NCBI GenBank assembly: GCA_035221665.1
Contig: CM069162.1
Coordinates: 8,432,001 to 8,496,000 of the forward strand
Direction of reading: 5' to 3'
Source of the DNA: Okamejei kenojei
Lineage: Eukaryota
Length of the DNA stretch: 64,000 bases
Under the pieces are notes generated by a model that saw nothing but the letters and a program-made list of their open reading frames with translations, did not search any database and was not told the origin of the DNA. Shown in pieces: positions 36,364-48,704 of this stretch. Made by a program: the position numbers and the translations under genes. Within the stretch, counting starts at the first letter, position 1. The number at the start of each line of letters is the position of its first letter.

Positions 36364-37189
36364 TCTGCTCTGGGGTCAGTGCTGGGGACATCAGCGGCTC
36401 ATCTCTTCCCCACCTGTCTACCAGGTATCACCTTACCTGGTAGGTCTGTCTGCCCACAGGGCCAGATGTAGTGATGGTGGAGTCTGGCTCGCTGTGAGAT
36501 ATGGTGGCATGACCAACATACTACTGTACTCGTATTGTCTCCTAAGAACATACATTCAAAGAAATCAGGTCTGAAATCTCCCTCATCTCTCCACTGCATA
36601 TTTTGCTGGGAACCTGTCCAACTCGTCCCATGAATGTTTTCGATAGGATCAGCTTCCACTGCGTCCTTTAGCGTTTCCTTTCTACATACATTCACCACTG
36701 TCGACATAAAGTGGCTTAAATTTATCTTTCCAGAAACTCTCTTCAAATCCCTGTTGTTGCATCTGATATTATATTGCCAGCATTCAGCGGTTCATCTGCA
36801 GGGTCCCAGATCCCGTGGTGCGACTAAGTGCTTCACTCCATGGGCCTACTTTAGGCTGTGCACGCCATACGCAAGATGACTCCATGGCCTGAAGTAACAC
36901 TGTGATTCAGGCCTGAGTGTGGCCCCTGCCCATTTTATACTGCTCATTCATCCCCCCACCGTCATTTGTAGAATCGTCAAAATACATCTTCAATTTGGTT
37001 CAGAAATGTAATCCTGAAACTCTGACTTACTATTTATATCCATTGTTTTTCTCATAAAGAAGGTTCATATCGATATCGTAACTGCAAGACTGAAACAAAA
37101 TGCATCCACAGTGAAAGTCTATTAAATGTGGAATGCGAGAGTGCTTTGGGAATGCCTAAAAGATGACCGCAAGCAACACTGCTTTAATT

Positions 37190-37490
37190 TAGATTCGAGA
37201 TGCAATGCGGAAACAGGCCCTTCGGCCCACCGAGTCCGCGCCAACCAGCGACCGGCCCGTACACTAGCACTATCCTGCACACACTATGGACAATCTACAA
37301 TGATACCAAGCCAATTAACCTACAAACCCGTACGTCTTTGGAGTGTGGGAGGAAACCGGAGCACCCATGACAAAACCCACGAGGTCACGGGGAGAACATG
37401 CAAACTCCGGACAGACAGCACCTGTAGTCATGATCAAACCCAGGTCTCTGGTGCTGTAAGGCAGCAACTCTATCGCTGCGCCACTGGGCC
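37190..37490 (-). mobile_element. V-SINE/HE1-like SINE
   Basis: Family similarity. Confidence 0.8.
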
Positions 37491-37912
37491 ACTCTGCTCT
37501 CGAGTCCCATGAAGATTTCAATACTTTTTACTTTTAACATTTTCAACACTGGTTATTTTATAAAAATCCTTTATGTTGGTGAGAAAAACATTCAGAGTAA
37601 TGGCCTGGTGTGTCAGGGTCCAAGCCGGAAGTGCAAGCAATGGTGTGTGGATTCCCAGCTGAGATCCTCTCCTCATTGATGGTTCCAGAAGTGGTTCATT
37701 GTAATTGGGATCCACTTCACAGCAAAGGTGCAGGAAGGATCTGCAGATGCTGGTTTACCAGGAAGATAGACACGAAATGCTGGAGTAGCACAGCGGGACA
37801 GGCAGCACCTCTGGAGAAAAGGAATAGGTGACATTTCATGTCGAGACCATTCTTCAGGCAGGTGAGTTCCTGGTTGCGGCTGCACACCTCCTAGTGAACG
37901 GGTCAAACAAAA

Positions 37913-38215
37913 GGGGCGGCACGGTGGCGCAGTGGTAGAGTTGCTGCCATACAGGGCCAGAGACCCAGGTTCGATCCTGATTACAGGTGCCGTCGGTACG
38001 GAGTTTGTACGTTCTCCCTGTGAACAGCGTGGGTTTTCTCCGGGCGCTCCGGTTTCCTCCCACACTCCAAAGGCACAGGTTTGAGGTTGATTGACTTCAG
38101 TAAAGATTGTAAATTGTCCCCAGTGTGTAGGATAAGTGTTAATGTACAGTGATAGCTGGTTGGTGCGGACTTGGTGGGGCAAAGGGCCTGTTTCTGCGCC
38201 GTATCTTTAAACTAA
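37913..38215 (+). mobile_element. Full-length V-SINE/HE1-like tRNA SINE
   Basis: A-box-like GGTGGCGCAGTGG, B-box GGTTCGATCC, central GGAGTTTGTACGTTCTCCC...CCGGTTTCCTCCCACA, CR1-like tail AAGGGCCTGTTTC and (TAAAC)-type end. Confidence 0.85.
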
Positions 38216-39116
38216 AATAAAGTTAAATAGATAAAAAATATATATATTGCAAAAACAAACCAGGGACAATTGACAATTATATCAAAGCATTTTAACCCAC
38301 AAATACAGACATCTTTGGAGTGTGGGAGGAACTAAAATTGTCTCTGGTGTGTGTAGGATAGTGTTAGTGCGCGGGGATCGATGCTCGTCTCGGACTCGAT
38401 GGGCTGAAGGGCCTGTTTCCGCGCTAAACTAAAGGAAACTAAAGTTTCCGCGTATAAACTAAAGGCAACAAAAACATAGTGGACATTAGATGGGGACTGG
38501 CTGCAGAAATGGTTAATGTTTTGTAAAAAAGGAGAAAAATTGGGATTTCAGCAACATTCGATACTAAAATGGTTAAGTATTTACACATCGTTATCCAAGT
38601 TCCGCCACCCACATACTGAGATAGAAACCAAACCTTTGGCAGCTCCTAACGCTGAGATAGATAATCATCAAAGCTTGGAGTCAGGTTGTCTCCCTCTATC
38701 AACGATAAAATAACAAAGGCCTGTTGCAAATAATTAATTACAATATAACCGCTTATTTTACTACACATTTATGACATGCATTGAATGATTCACACCTTTG
38801 GATTGCCTAATGAAGTTAATCTAAATGTGCCTCTGGATGCTTCTGCTAATTTTATCCTTGTTAATTAAAGGAACCATTTCTCGAATACTTTTAGCAAGTG
38901 AAGCTCAAAATGATAAACAATCAATTCTGAGAAAGGTAGACAGAAAGGTAGAAAGGTAATGTACCAGTACCTCACCATACTGACCGATGATGTACGATGA
39001 CTGACAATATACTCAACTTTCAAGACAGATAGTAAAACATCAACAGTCTGGCATCTTCAGGGGTCCAGATTGTCGGATCGGGGTCTATTGGATGTTATTT
39101 CGATAAATACCCAACG

Positions 39117-39530
39117 TACTCGCTAGAATTTAGAAGACTGAGGGGGGATCTTATAGAAACTTACAAAATTCTTAAGGGGTTGGACAGGCTAGATGCAGGA
39201 AGATTTTTCCCGATGTTGGAGAGGTCCAGAACAAGGGGTCACAGTTTCAGAATTCCTTTAGGACCGAGATGAGGAAAACATTTTTCACACAGAGAGTGGT
39301 GAGTCTCTGGAATTCTCTGCCACAGAAGGTAGTTGAGGCCAGTTCATTAGCTATATTTAAGAGGGAGTTAGATGTGGTCCTTGTGGCTAAAGGGATCAGG
39401 GGGTATGGGGAGAATGCAGGTACAGGATACTGAGTTGGATGATCAGTCATGATCATATTGAATGGCGGTGCAGGCTCAAAGGGTCGAATGGCCTACTCCT
39501 GCACCTATTTTCTATGTTTCTAAGTTTCTA
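39117..39530 (+). mobile_element. CR1 3' fragment with (TTTCTATG)n-type tail
   Basis: SLEFRRLRGDLIETYKIL coding and CR1 3' UTR. Confidence 0.9.
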
Positions 39531-39539
39531 TATATATAT

Positions 39540-41361
39540 GGGTGATTCAAAGGTGCCTACTTTTAAGTTTCTGGAAAACCGATTATAAAACTTACATTTT
39601 TGCAACTTTGAATGTTGTTTCACATAGATTAAAATTACTAATCTCTATGGGAAAATCACTATGGAAAAATATGTTTGGCGCAATTGTTGAGAAAATTTAA
39701 TTTTTTTTCCTCTTCTTTTTCCAGGTTGGCCATTGCATTCAGTCATATCCGTCGCATTTTTATGATGAACAACACTAAAATATAACTGATTTAAGAACAT
39801 TAAATCAAATTTTTGTCCCAGTCTTTCAAGTTATTGAGTATCTTCCTCAAATAAACCACCAAAAAAGTACTTTTTCATTCTAACGCATTGATTTTAAACC
39901 TTCATAACAGTTTACTGCCAACAAAAATGGTGATTTTCAGCAAAAATGCTGCCAAAGAAAATGGTGATTTTCAGCAAAAACATAACTTTTCACTAACTTC
40001 ATCTAAAACAATATTAACTTCATATGAATAGGAAAAATCATATTCATTTATCAATTACAATTGATAATTATGGTCAATGTTGAATTATTTTACACATTAT
40101 GAGCATAAAATACTCATGTGGAGGATGTGACTCAGCATGATGGAGATGATCAAGTTCGGGAGATGGAGATAGAGCTACATCTAGAGATAGAGATAGAGAT
40201 ACAGCTGAAGATGGAGCTGGAGCTGAATGTGGAGATGGAGATGGAGCTGGACCTGGAGATTGAGCTGGAGATGGAGCTGGAGATAGAGCTAGAGCTGTAG
40301 CCGCAGATGGAGATGGAGCTGGAGCTAGAGCTGGAGGAGCTGGAGATGGAGCTTAAGCTGGAGCTGAAGCTAGAGCTGGAGATGGAGCGAGAGCGGTAGC
40401 TGGAGCTGGAGCTGGAAGAGCTGGAGATGGAGCTAGAGCTAGACCTAGAGCTGGAGATGGAGCTGGAGATGGATCTGGAGCTGGATTTAGAGATGGAGCT
40501 ATAAAACAAATAAACAAAAAAAAGATATTCCTGGTCTGGTTCTGACCAAACTTTAAGGGACCGTTACCCGGGAGATTGGGGGTTAAGTGACGGAGATGAG
40601 TCTTACGGATATGATGGTCCAAACCTTTAGCCCAGCATGGCTTCGCCGGAAGGCAATGCCTGGCGATATTGTTTGGATGTATCACATACGGCATGAACCT
40701 ATCTGCACTACAAATCAAAAATTAACTAAAATTTTGATTTTCTATGGGTTCTATAGCACTCGGATATGATGCTGATTCCAGGTACTCACCCGTTATGTTG
40801 CAAAAACCAGAGTTTTGGCACACTCCTTGTCCCGCAAATCAGGAGAAACTCACACGGTAGGTGACTTTTGAATTCCGCGGTCTTTGAAGACCGGAAGTGC
40901 GCGTCCATTCCATTCATATCCATGAGGGATGGCGCAACACAGGTGCGTGACGGCATCTGACTCAAATCGTCCGGACAAGAAATTTTCGAAAAGAAATACT
41001 GTAAGATTTATAATTTTATCAAGAATAAAGGCATATTTTGAAGGGTGAAAAATATGTAAGTGATTAATACCTACCATTTAAGGGAATTTACAATTTAGAT
41101 TGGTTCCCCATCAAATAAATTGATGACTGGAATTTTTACCAGTAACCAGCAGGACATGGGGTTTTCCGGGGGTAGGCATCGAACATCGGGAAACAAATTA
41201 CAATATAACACCTTATTCCTCGAAGGTTTAATCTTTATTTGTCAGGATTATGTTTATTAACAATATAGAAAAAGAAGAAATGGTATAGAATTACGGATTT
41301 TCCGTCTAAACGGCACCAACATATCGGGACACCAAAGTAGACACTTACTTAAGAATCACTC
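39540..41361. mobile_element. Non-autonomous DNA transposon with GRG...CYC termini (Sola2-like)
   Basis: Left GGGTGATTC..GTGCCTACTTT; right AAAGTAGACAC..GAATCACTC; no intact transposase seen. Confidence 0.5.
40160..40500. repeat. Hexamer microsatellite (GAGCTG/GAGATG)n
   Basis: Directly visible. Confidence 0.92.
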
Positions 41362-41362
41362 A

Positions 41363-42043
41363 TCTATATAATTCAAAGTCTCATCTTGACCACTTCCTGT
41401 CTGTGCTGTATATTGATTTTAGAAAAAACGCTACCATATATCGCTATGACTTTTGGCCATCTTACTCACAGTCCTCCTCCGCTGAGCAGGCCCCGAGTAT
41501 TTTTCCCATCGATGGAAAATAAAAAAGTTATGAGTTATGAGCCTGTCAATCACCGCGATGAAGGTAACGGCCCTTCCGTGGGGGGGGGGGTGGGGGGTGG
41601 CAGGACTCTAAACCCCGGATGTCTGGATTTGACTCAGTCACTCTGCAAGATCGTGAGGGAGAGGCCACGACTCTTATTCTAAGCTGTGAATCAACTGAAC
41701 TGTCTGCTATGTACTTGCGATAACTAATTTGTTAGCCCTTAATGTCAATGCCATGAGATGTTTGGCCTGCTGCCCTGCCTGTGCTTGAAGCTTCAATGCT
41801 TTATTAGGTCTGACTGTGTTTGGAAGGAATAAATACTTTATTAGGTCCAACTGTGTTTGGTTCAAAGGTCCCGCTCTTTTTTGACTTCCGCTCAGTGGAC
41901 AGATCATGCTGATTGCGTAATTTCCAGTAAGTGCAGAGGTCGCGCTGATGCACAAGTGCCCCGGACTGCGGAAGCCCCAAAGTGGAGAGGTCGCGCTCAG
42001 CCGTGTGAATATTCAAGAAGGTTTATTGCCATATATATGGTGT
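41363..42043 (+). mobile_element. Possible non-autonomous Helitron-like element, 5' part (runs into the gap)
   Basis: Begins A|TCTATATAAT; the diagnostic 3' hairpin-CTRR end is not visible. Confidence 0.3.
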
Positions 42044-42351
42044 NNNNNNNNNNNNNNNNNNNNNNNNNNNNNNNNNNNNNNNNNNNNNNNNNNNNNNNNN
42101 NNNNNNNNNNNNNNNNNNNNNNNNNNNNNNNNNNNNNNNNNNNNNNNNNNNNNNNNNNNNNNNNNNNNNNNNNNNNNNNNNNNNNNNNNNNNNNNNNNNN
42201 NNNNNNNNNNNNNNNNNNNNNNNNNNNNNNNNNNNNNNNNNNNNNNNNNNNNNNNNNNNNNNNNNNNNNNNNNNNNNNNNNNNNNNNNNNNNNNNNNNNN
42301 NNNNNNNNNNNNNNNNNNNNNNNNNNNNNNNNNNNNNNNNNNNNNNNNNNN
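42044..42351. other. Assembly gap (N run)
   Basis: N bases. Confidence 1.
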
Positions 42352-42629
42352 CAAGAATCCATTCAGCCCGCAATGTCCATACTAGCCCTCTGGAACCAGT
42401 CCCTTTGGCCCACAACACCATGCTAGCGCACCATTAACTGATTTATTTTTCAGCTCTGCAATATTCACTGGTTTGTCAGCAACATAAGATTACATTCCCA
42501 TTCCAGGTAACAGCGCAAAGTCCATCAACCCCGGATAAACACAGTAGTGTTAAATAGCAGGATTTGTTTCCAGAGAGCTGGACATTTGATCCACAGGCAG
42601 GAGTTGGTCGATGGGTGCAAGAGGTCTTT

Positions 42630-42945
42630 ACTTTAGACTTTAGAGATACAGCGTGGAAACAGGCCACTCGGTCCACCAAGTCCACACAGACCAGTGATCA
42701 CTCCATACACTTAACACTATCCAACACACTTGGGACAATTTTATATTTTTGTTTTAACCAAAGCCAATTAACCTACAAATCTTTACATCTTTGGAGTGTG
42801 GGTGGAAACTGGAGCACCCGGAGAAAGCCCACGCGGTCACAGAGAGAAGGTACAAACTCTGTACAGACAGCACCTGGAGTCAGGATCGAACCCGGGTCTC
42901 TGGTGCTGTGAGGCAGCACCTCTACCGCTGCAACACTGTGCTGCC
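42630..42945 (-). mobile_element. V-SINE/HE1-like SINE
   Basis: Family similarity. Confidence 0.8.
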
Positions 42946-44259
42946 CTCGGCTGTAATATTTTGCAATGTGAATTGGTTGTCAGTAAATGAGAGACTTCTA
43001 ATTTCAAGCAATTGCATAAACCTGGAAATAATAACACATTAGTATCGTTATTGGTAACACAAAGCTTTGGAATTATCATTAAAATCTATGCTCATGTCCT
43101 TCAGGAAGAGATCAATCGTCTTTACCCTAGCAAGCTCATGTGCTCTCAGACTTATTGCAGTGAGGCTATTAACTGCCTCATCCGTTCAGGGGCTGTGTGG
43201 GACAAGCAATATATCACCCTGCCCTGCATAGTGCAAATAAAACAACATTTAAACATCCTGGAAATGGACACAAAATGCTGGAGTAACTCAGAGGGACAGG
43301 CAGCATCTCTGGAGAGAAGGAATGGGTGATGTTTCGGGTTGAGACCCTTCTTCTGACTAATAAATTAAACTGATATCAGTCTGAAGAAGGGTCTCGGCCC
43401 ACTGATTTATCCAGCATTTTCTGTGTATCTTCGGTTTACACCAGTGTCTGTAGTTCCTTCCTACACAATGCTGTCGGGCAGACCAGGGAAATGCAGCACA
43501 CTTCCTCTGTCGGAGGGCATTAGCGACACAGAATTCGTTGACAATAAGCCTGGAATTATAAAGTTACTTGATGCTTTTTTACAATTCCAGTTTATCAGTT
43601 CATAAGTGATAGGAGCAAAATTGGGCCATTCGGCCCATCAAGTCTACTCTGCCATTCAATCATGGCTGATCTATCACTCCTAACCCAATTCTCCTGCCTT
43701 CTCCCCAGAACCCCTGACACCCATACAAATCACAAATCTATCTCTCTATCTGTGCCTTAAAAATATCAATTGACTTGGCCTCCACAGCCTACTCACTTCA
43801 GTTCAAATTCTCCAGGTACCACAATGGGATTTAATGTTAGTTTAAGCCCCTGGATTACTACTTGATTAATATAACCACTGTACAATTGTAATCAAGGGTG
43901 TAGGTTGTTCAAACAGCAGATAGGATCAATGATGGGATAATTTGCCTTTTGGGCATCATTCAGGTGTGTAACAAGAACTGTATTTGCATTTATTAAAACA
44001 TCTCTTGTACATGTCAATATAAACTTGTATTGTAGAAGTATTTGGGAGAAAGAATATTATTTTCTAGGCTTTACTAATGAAAACAAATGGAGAATTTGTC
44101 TTTGTGCCAACTGGGCACTGAGTTAAAGTCTGAGGGTGAATAGTTCCCCTGAGATTGCTCTCCTTGCTGCAACTGCAGCTGAAAATCCACAGCTGGATGG
44201 AGCCAGGAGTCTATGTGAGCGCTGGGAATCGTGCAACTCCGACGTGAAGGAACTAGAGT

Positions 44260-44490
44260 GTGTGTCACGTCCGTCATCACTGCGTGTCACCTCCCTCACT
44301 ATTGTGTGTCAACTCCCTCACCACTGTGTCATCTCTGTCTCTATTGTGTGTTACCTCCCGCACTACTGTCACCTCCCTCTCTATTGTGTGTTACCTCCCG
44401 CACTACTGTCACCTCCCTCTCTATTGTGTGTTACCTCCCGCACCACTGTGTGTCACCTCCGTCACTACTATGTGTCAAGCTTGTCACTAC
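44260..44490. repeat. Minisatellite, 40-bp unit CTATTGTGTGTTACCTCCCGCACTACTGTCACCTCCCTCT
   Basis: Units start at 44341, 44381 and 44421, with degenerate flanking copies. Confidence 0.9.
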
Positions 44491-44492
44491 TG

Positions 44493-45518
44493 TAGCAATG
44501 TTACAAAATTTTGAGATTTTAAAAATCAAGTCTGCAATTTATCCCATCAGATAAAGCATAAAAAGAAGTTTAATTTGACACATAATTCACTTTCATATCA
44601 TCAGTATGAAAAAAGTTATGGCCATTTTCATACTCGGAAATTGGCATCTTGTTCCCTATTACTTTTCCATTGACTTAACACAAAAGTTGTGATCGAGGAC
44701 AGTCAAAAGCCCATAACTTTCTTAAAAATTAAGAGAACTGAAAGAAATTTTCAGTTATTATAGACTGAAGCATTCTGAAACAAATATGAAACAATCTTAC
44801 TTTGATGACCTGAAATTAAAGCATATAATTAGTTAGTTACCCAATTGTAGCTAATTACAAAATTCAATTACTAGATCTAAACATCTATCAATTTCTTAAG
44901 AAAAAATTAACTTTTTTTTTAAAGCCTAAGGGTCCAAATAACATTCACACAATAATTCACAATATAACATGATTTTTAAATCTAACTGTCATTAATTTAT
45001 AGGCCAAATTGAAGGAATTTAGCGTTTAATGCCTGTAAAGTAATGGCCAGTGGGATTTTCTGGAACGCGATGGATTGGAACGTTGCGGTTGCGGTGAATT
45101 TAAACCCCATATCGGCAGGAAAAATTCTGCCGGTTCGTATGGGGAATAAATCACGTTTCGCAACATGAAATGTTGATTAAGGTCGTCTAAACAAACAAGT
45201 TTATATGAAAAAATAAACAGCTTTCACTTACCTGTCCCCTACGTAAAATCCGTCCCCGTTGTCGGCGTCCATGGCATTAGGAGCTAAGTTTTATTTTACT
45301 GCAGCGCTGAAATAGTCTGGCGATTAAATTTTTTTTTTTAACTTACCGGCAGTCGGAATGAATCTTTAGAAAAACCTTGCACTCCGAGAAAATAAAGCTC
45401 CGAATGGCAAGGGGAAACCGCATTTTAACCCCGCCCCCTCCTCAAAGGCGCCAAAGTCGCGCACACGGCCAGTGACAGAACTGCAGCACCGCTAAAGGTA
45501 AGTTTTGTAACATACCTA
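44493..45518. mobile_element. 1026-bp non-autonomous TIR DNA transposon (unclassified)
   Basis: TAGCAATGTTACAAAA ... TTTTGTAACATACCTA; ACTACTG duplicated at 44486-44492 and 45519-45525. Confidence 0.7.
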
Positions 45519-46154
45519 ACTACTGTGTGTTACTACGTACATCCCTGTACTACAGGGCGAACAGATGGGCTGCATCAAGGGCATTGAGACCTCCAATTCT
45601 ACATCAGTGGAGCCAATGAACAACGTATTGAATAGTGAAAGGCCTGGACGTGAATGTGGGAGAGTCGCGTACTCAGAAAAAAAGGACAATGCTTTAGAAA
45701 GGAGATGAGGAGGAATTTCTTTAGTCAGAGGTAGTGAATCTGTGGAATTCATTGCCGTAGACGGCTGCGGAGGCCAAGTCGATGGATATTTGAAAAGCGG
45801 AGATTGACAGATTATTGATTAGTACAGGTGTCAGGGTTTATGGAGAGAAGGCAGGAGAATGGGATTGAGAGGGACGTAGTAGACTTCATCCAAAAGACCT
45901 AATTCTGTCCTATGACATGACCTTATGAAGGTTAGGTCATAAGAAACCAGCCCCAAAACACTGGAACCAGCCCCAAAACTCACGGCTGCGAATTATACAG
46001 CAGAATAACGGCTGTATAATAAAATATGCTACAAGATGAATTATATTCATGCCACGCTTTAGGCAATGATATATCAGGTTATATGATGCAGCAACAGCAG
46101 GAAAGCCAGCTAATGGTTGCTATTCTAGGATATATCAACATTAAACTGTATAAG

Positions 46155-46440
46155 GTAGTAACAAGGAACTGCAGATGCAGTTAAATACGAAAGATAGACA
46201 CAAAGTGCTGGAGTAACACAGCAGGTCCGGCAGCATCTCTGGAGAAAATGGATGGGTGACATTTCGGGTCGAGACCCTTCTTCAGACTGAAGGGAAGGAG
46301 GTGGTGGGGTGTTGGGGGTGAAGGAAAGACCAGGACCGATCAAGGCCAGCCACAAATGGCCTCAGGCAGGGCACTGTTGGCCAGGGATGGTGTGAATCAA
46401 GAGAAACAATGTGGAGAACTGTGGAACTGGTAAAACGACT
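46155..46440 (-). mobile_element. Penelope-derived terminal repeat with hammerhead-like core at 46258-46285
   Basis: Reverse complement CTGAAGAAGGGTCTCGACCCGAAATGTC. Confidence 0.7.
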
Positions 46441-46682
46441 AGGGTGGAGGGTGGAGGGTGGAGGAAAGGGGCAAGGGGGGAGGGGGGAGGATGGAGGGTG
46501 GAGGAAGGGGGCAAGGGGGGAGGGTGGAGGAAGGGGCAAGGGGGGAAGGTGGAGGAAAGGGGGCAAGGGGGGAGGGTGGAGGGTGGAGGAAGGGGCAAGG
46601 GAGGAGGGGGGAGGGTGGAGGAAGGGGGCAAGGGAGGGGGGGAGGGTGGAGGAAGGGGGCAAGGGGGGAGGGTGGAGGGGGG
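46441..46682 (+). repeat. G-rich purine minisatellite (~26-bp GGAGGGTGGAGGAAGGGGGCAAGGGG), G-quadruplex-prone
   Basis: Directly visible G-tracts. Confidence 0.9.
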
Positions 46683-47079
46683 TTTAGTTGCTCTTTGCCC
46701 TGTTCCCTCACCCCCCCTCCCTCTCCCGCCCCCCTTGCTCCTTCCTCCAGGTGAGTGAGTGAGAATGGCGGTCGCTGGCATTCCCAACCAACGGCAGCTG
46801 AGGTGATACTCAGTGCAGCCTGACAGATTGTGGGATTTCCAGGGAATGAAGGGATTTGTAAAAGAACATTGGCGAGTGAAGGGTGGTGGTGCTGAGATGA
46901 AGCTCACCGCCATGAATTGGTGGAACAGGCATCAAGGAACTAATGGCCGACTCCTATCCCTTGCTTTTTTGTTCCTGGAAGCTCTTCACACTCAGCTTGG
47001 AGAAGTGCCAGATGTCTGAGATACAAGCAGAGGCACAACTGGGTCACCAACATTCTATCGCTCGTCCTGCAACGTATGA

Positions 47080-47390
47080 CAGGCACAGTGGTGCCTCACA
47101 GCTGCTACCCCGCAGCACCCGAGACCCGGGTTAGATCCTGACCGCGGGTGCTGTCTGTGTGGAGTTTGCACGTTCTCCCTGTGACCTCGTGGGTTTCCCC
47201 CGGGTGCTCCGGTTTCCTCCCACATGCTAAAGACGTTGCGGGTTTACAGGTTAATTGGCCCTCTATAAGCTGTGTAGGTAGTGGATGGGAAAGTGGGATG
47301 ACACAGACCTAGTGTGAACAAGTGATCGATGGTCGCTGTGGACATGGTGGGCCAAAGGGCCTGTCTCCCTGCTGTTTCTCTGAGCTAAAC
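47080..47390 (+). mobile_element. V-SINE/HE1-like SINE
   Basis: Family similarity. Confidence 0.8.
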
Positions 47391-47879
47391 TGAACAAGTT
47401 GGGTTGTCGATGCCTAGTTACAAGGGAATTGGGAACTCCCATCACGTTCAGGGGTTAGCAGGTAGTCATTAGTGAATCACAAAGCCCGACAAAAGGTAAC
47501 CTCAACGACTGATGAAGCTGACTGCAGCGTTTGATCTGTCTGTATGTAATATGTATGGAGTCAGGAACTCACAGGTACAGGCTATTGCAATGGAATTCCT
47601 ATTTATTTTCTGTGGGAATCCCTTCTTTCGTCTCCTAATGTAAAGACTGCCATTTATGACAAGGAATTCTAGTGTCAATTGGAAATATGTCAAATATTAA
47701 CCATTGCCTCTTGCAGCCTTAACATCCTCAACTTATTGAGAAACTATTAGATATTATACCACGTGATTATGCTTGAAACACCGATCAAGAAGATTCCATA
47801 AATTGTTGTCTACTTTCCATTTAACCCTTTGAGGCATTCACACTGAGAAATTCCCGTTGCACAGTGAAATCACTTTCCT

Positions 47880-48178
47880 CTTAGTTTAGTTTGGCTTAGA
47901 GATGCAACATGGAAGCGGGCCCAGCGTCCACCAAGTCCGCACACCAGCACTATCCCACTGTACACACCAAGAACAGTTTACAATTATACAAAGGCAATTA
48001 ACCTACAAGCCTGCACGTCTTCTGAGTGTGGGAGGAAACTGGAGCACCCGGAGAAAACCCACGCAGGTCACGGGGAGAGCGTGCAAACCCCGTACCGACA
48101 GCACCCGTAGTCAGGATCAAACCTGGGTCCCTACCGCTGTAAGGTAGCAACTCTACTGCTGCGCCACCGTGCCGCCCG
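47880..48178 (-). mobile_element. V-SINE/HE1-like SINE
   Basis: Family similarity. Confidence 0.8.
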
Positions 48179-48704
48179 TTAAAGTAAGTTTTAAAGTTGT
48201 AGAGGTATTAAAGTAAGCTTTGTAGATATCATGCAGAATTGTGGAGCGGGTGGGAGAGAGTTAATCCCAGGGCTGAAGTTGGCACCAAATGTCTCCACAA
48301 TCCAGCGCTCGAATGCACTGGGTGAGCACTTGGATTGCGAATTGGCAGGTTTTACGCCAAGTATTTCTGTTCGTGTTTTAGTCTCCTGTGTAGGATAAGA
48401 CTTTTAAAAGCCCCTGATTGTGCCCGGCCGGTTGTGTAGAAAGCATTAGGCGCCAGTAATCAACAATCAGCCCTCAGTTCTGGTGCACAAAGCTTCGACC
48501 AACAGCCTAAAAGCTTTTTTTTTTCTGGAGAACTTTAGCTTCCTTGCTTCAACCGTAAGGATCGTTTTGATGTTTTCCAGTAGATGCCTTTGTGTGCAGT
48601 GTTCTGAAATATCCCCTGCAAACGTACCAATGCAGCCCAAACTAAAACAACAGACGCCGGCAAACACCATCGTGACCTCCTAGCCAGCGAGGCTACTCTG
48701 ATCA

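Noticed and set aside
37913-37990. tRNA gene
   Set aside because: The A/B boxes belong to a SINE head continuing into the central domain; no complete cloverleaf.
40118-40509. Glu/Leu-rich and Ser-rich ORFs
   Set aside because: Translation of a hexamer microsatellite.
46282-46913. Pro-rich and Gly-rich ORFs
   Set aside because: Translation of the G-rich minisatellite.
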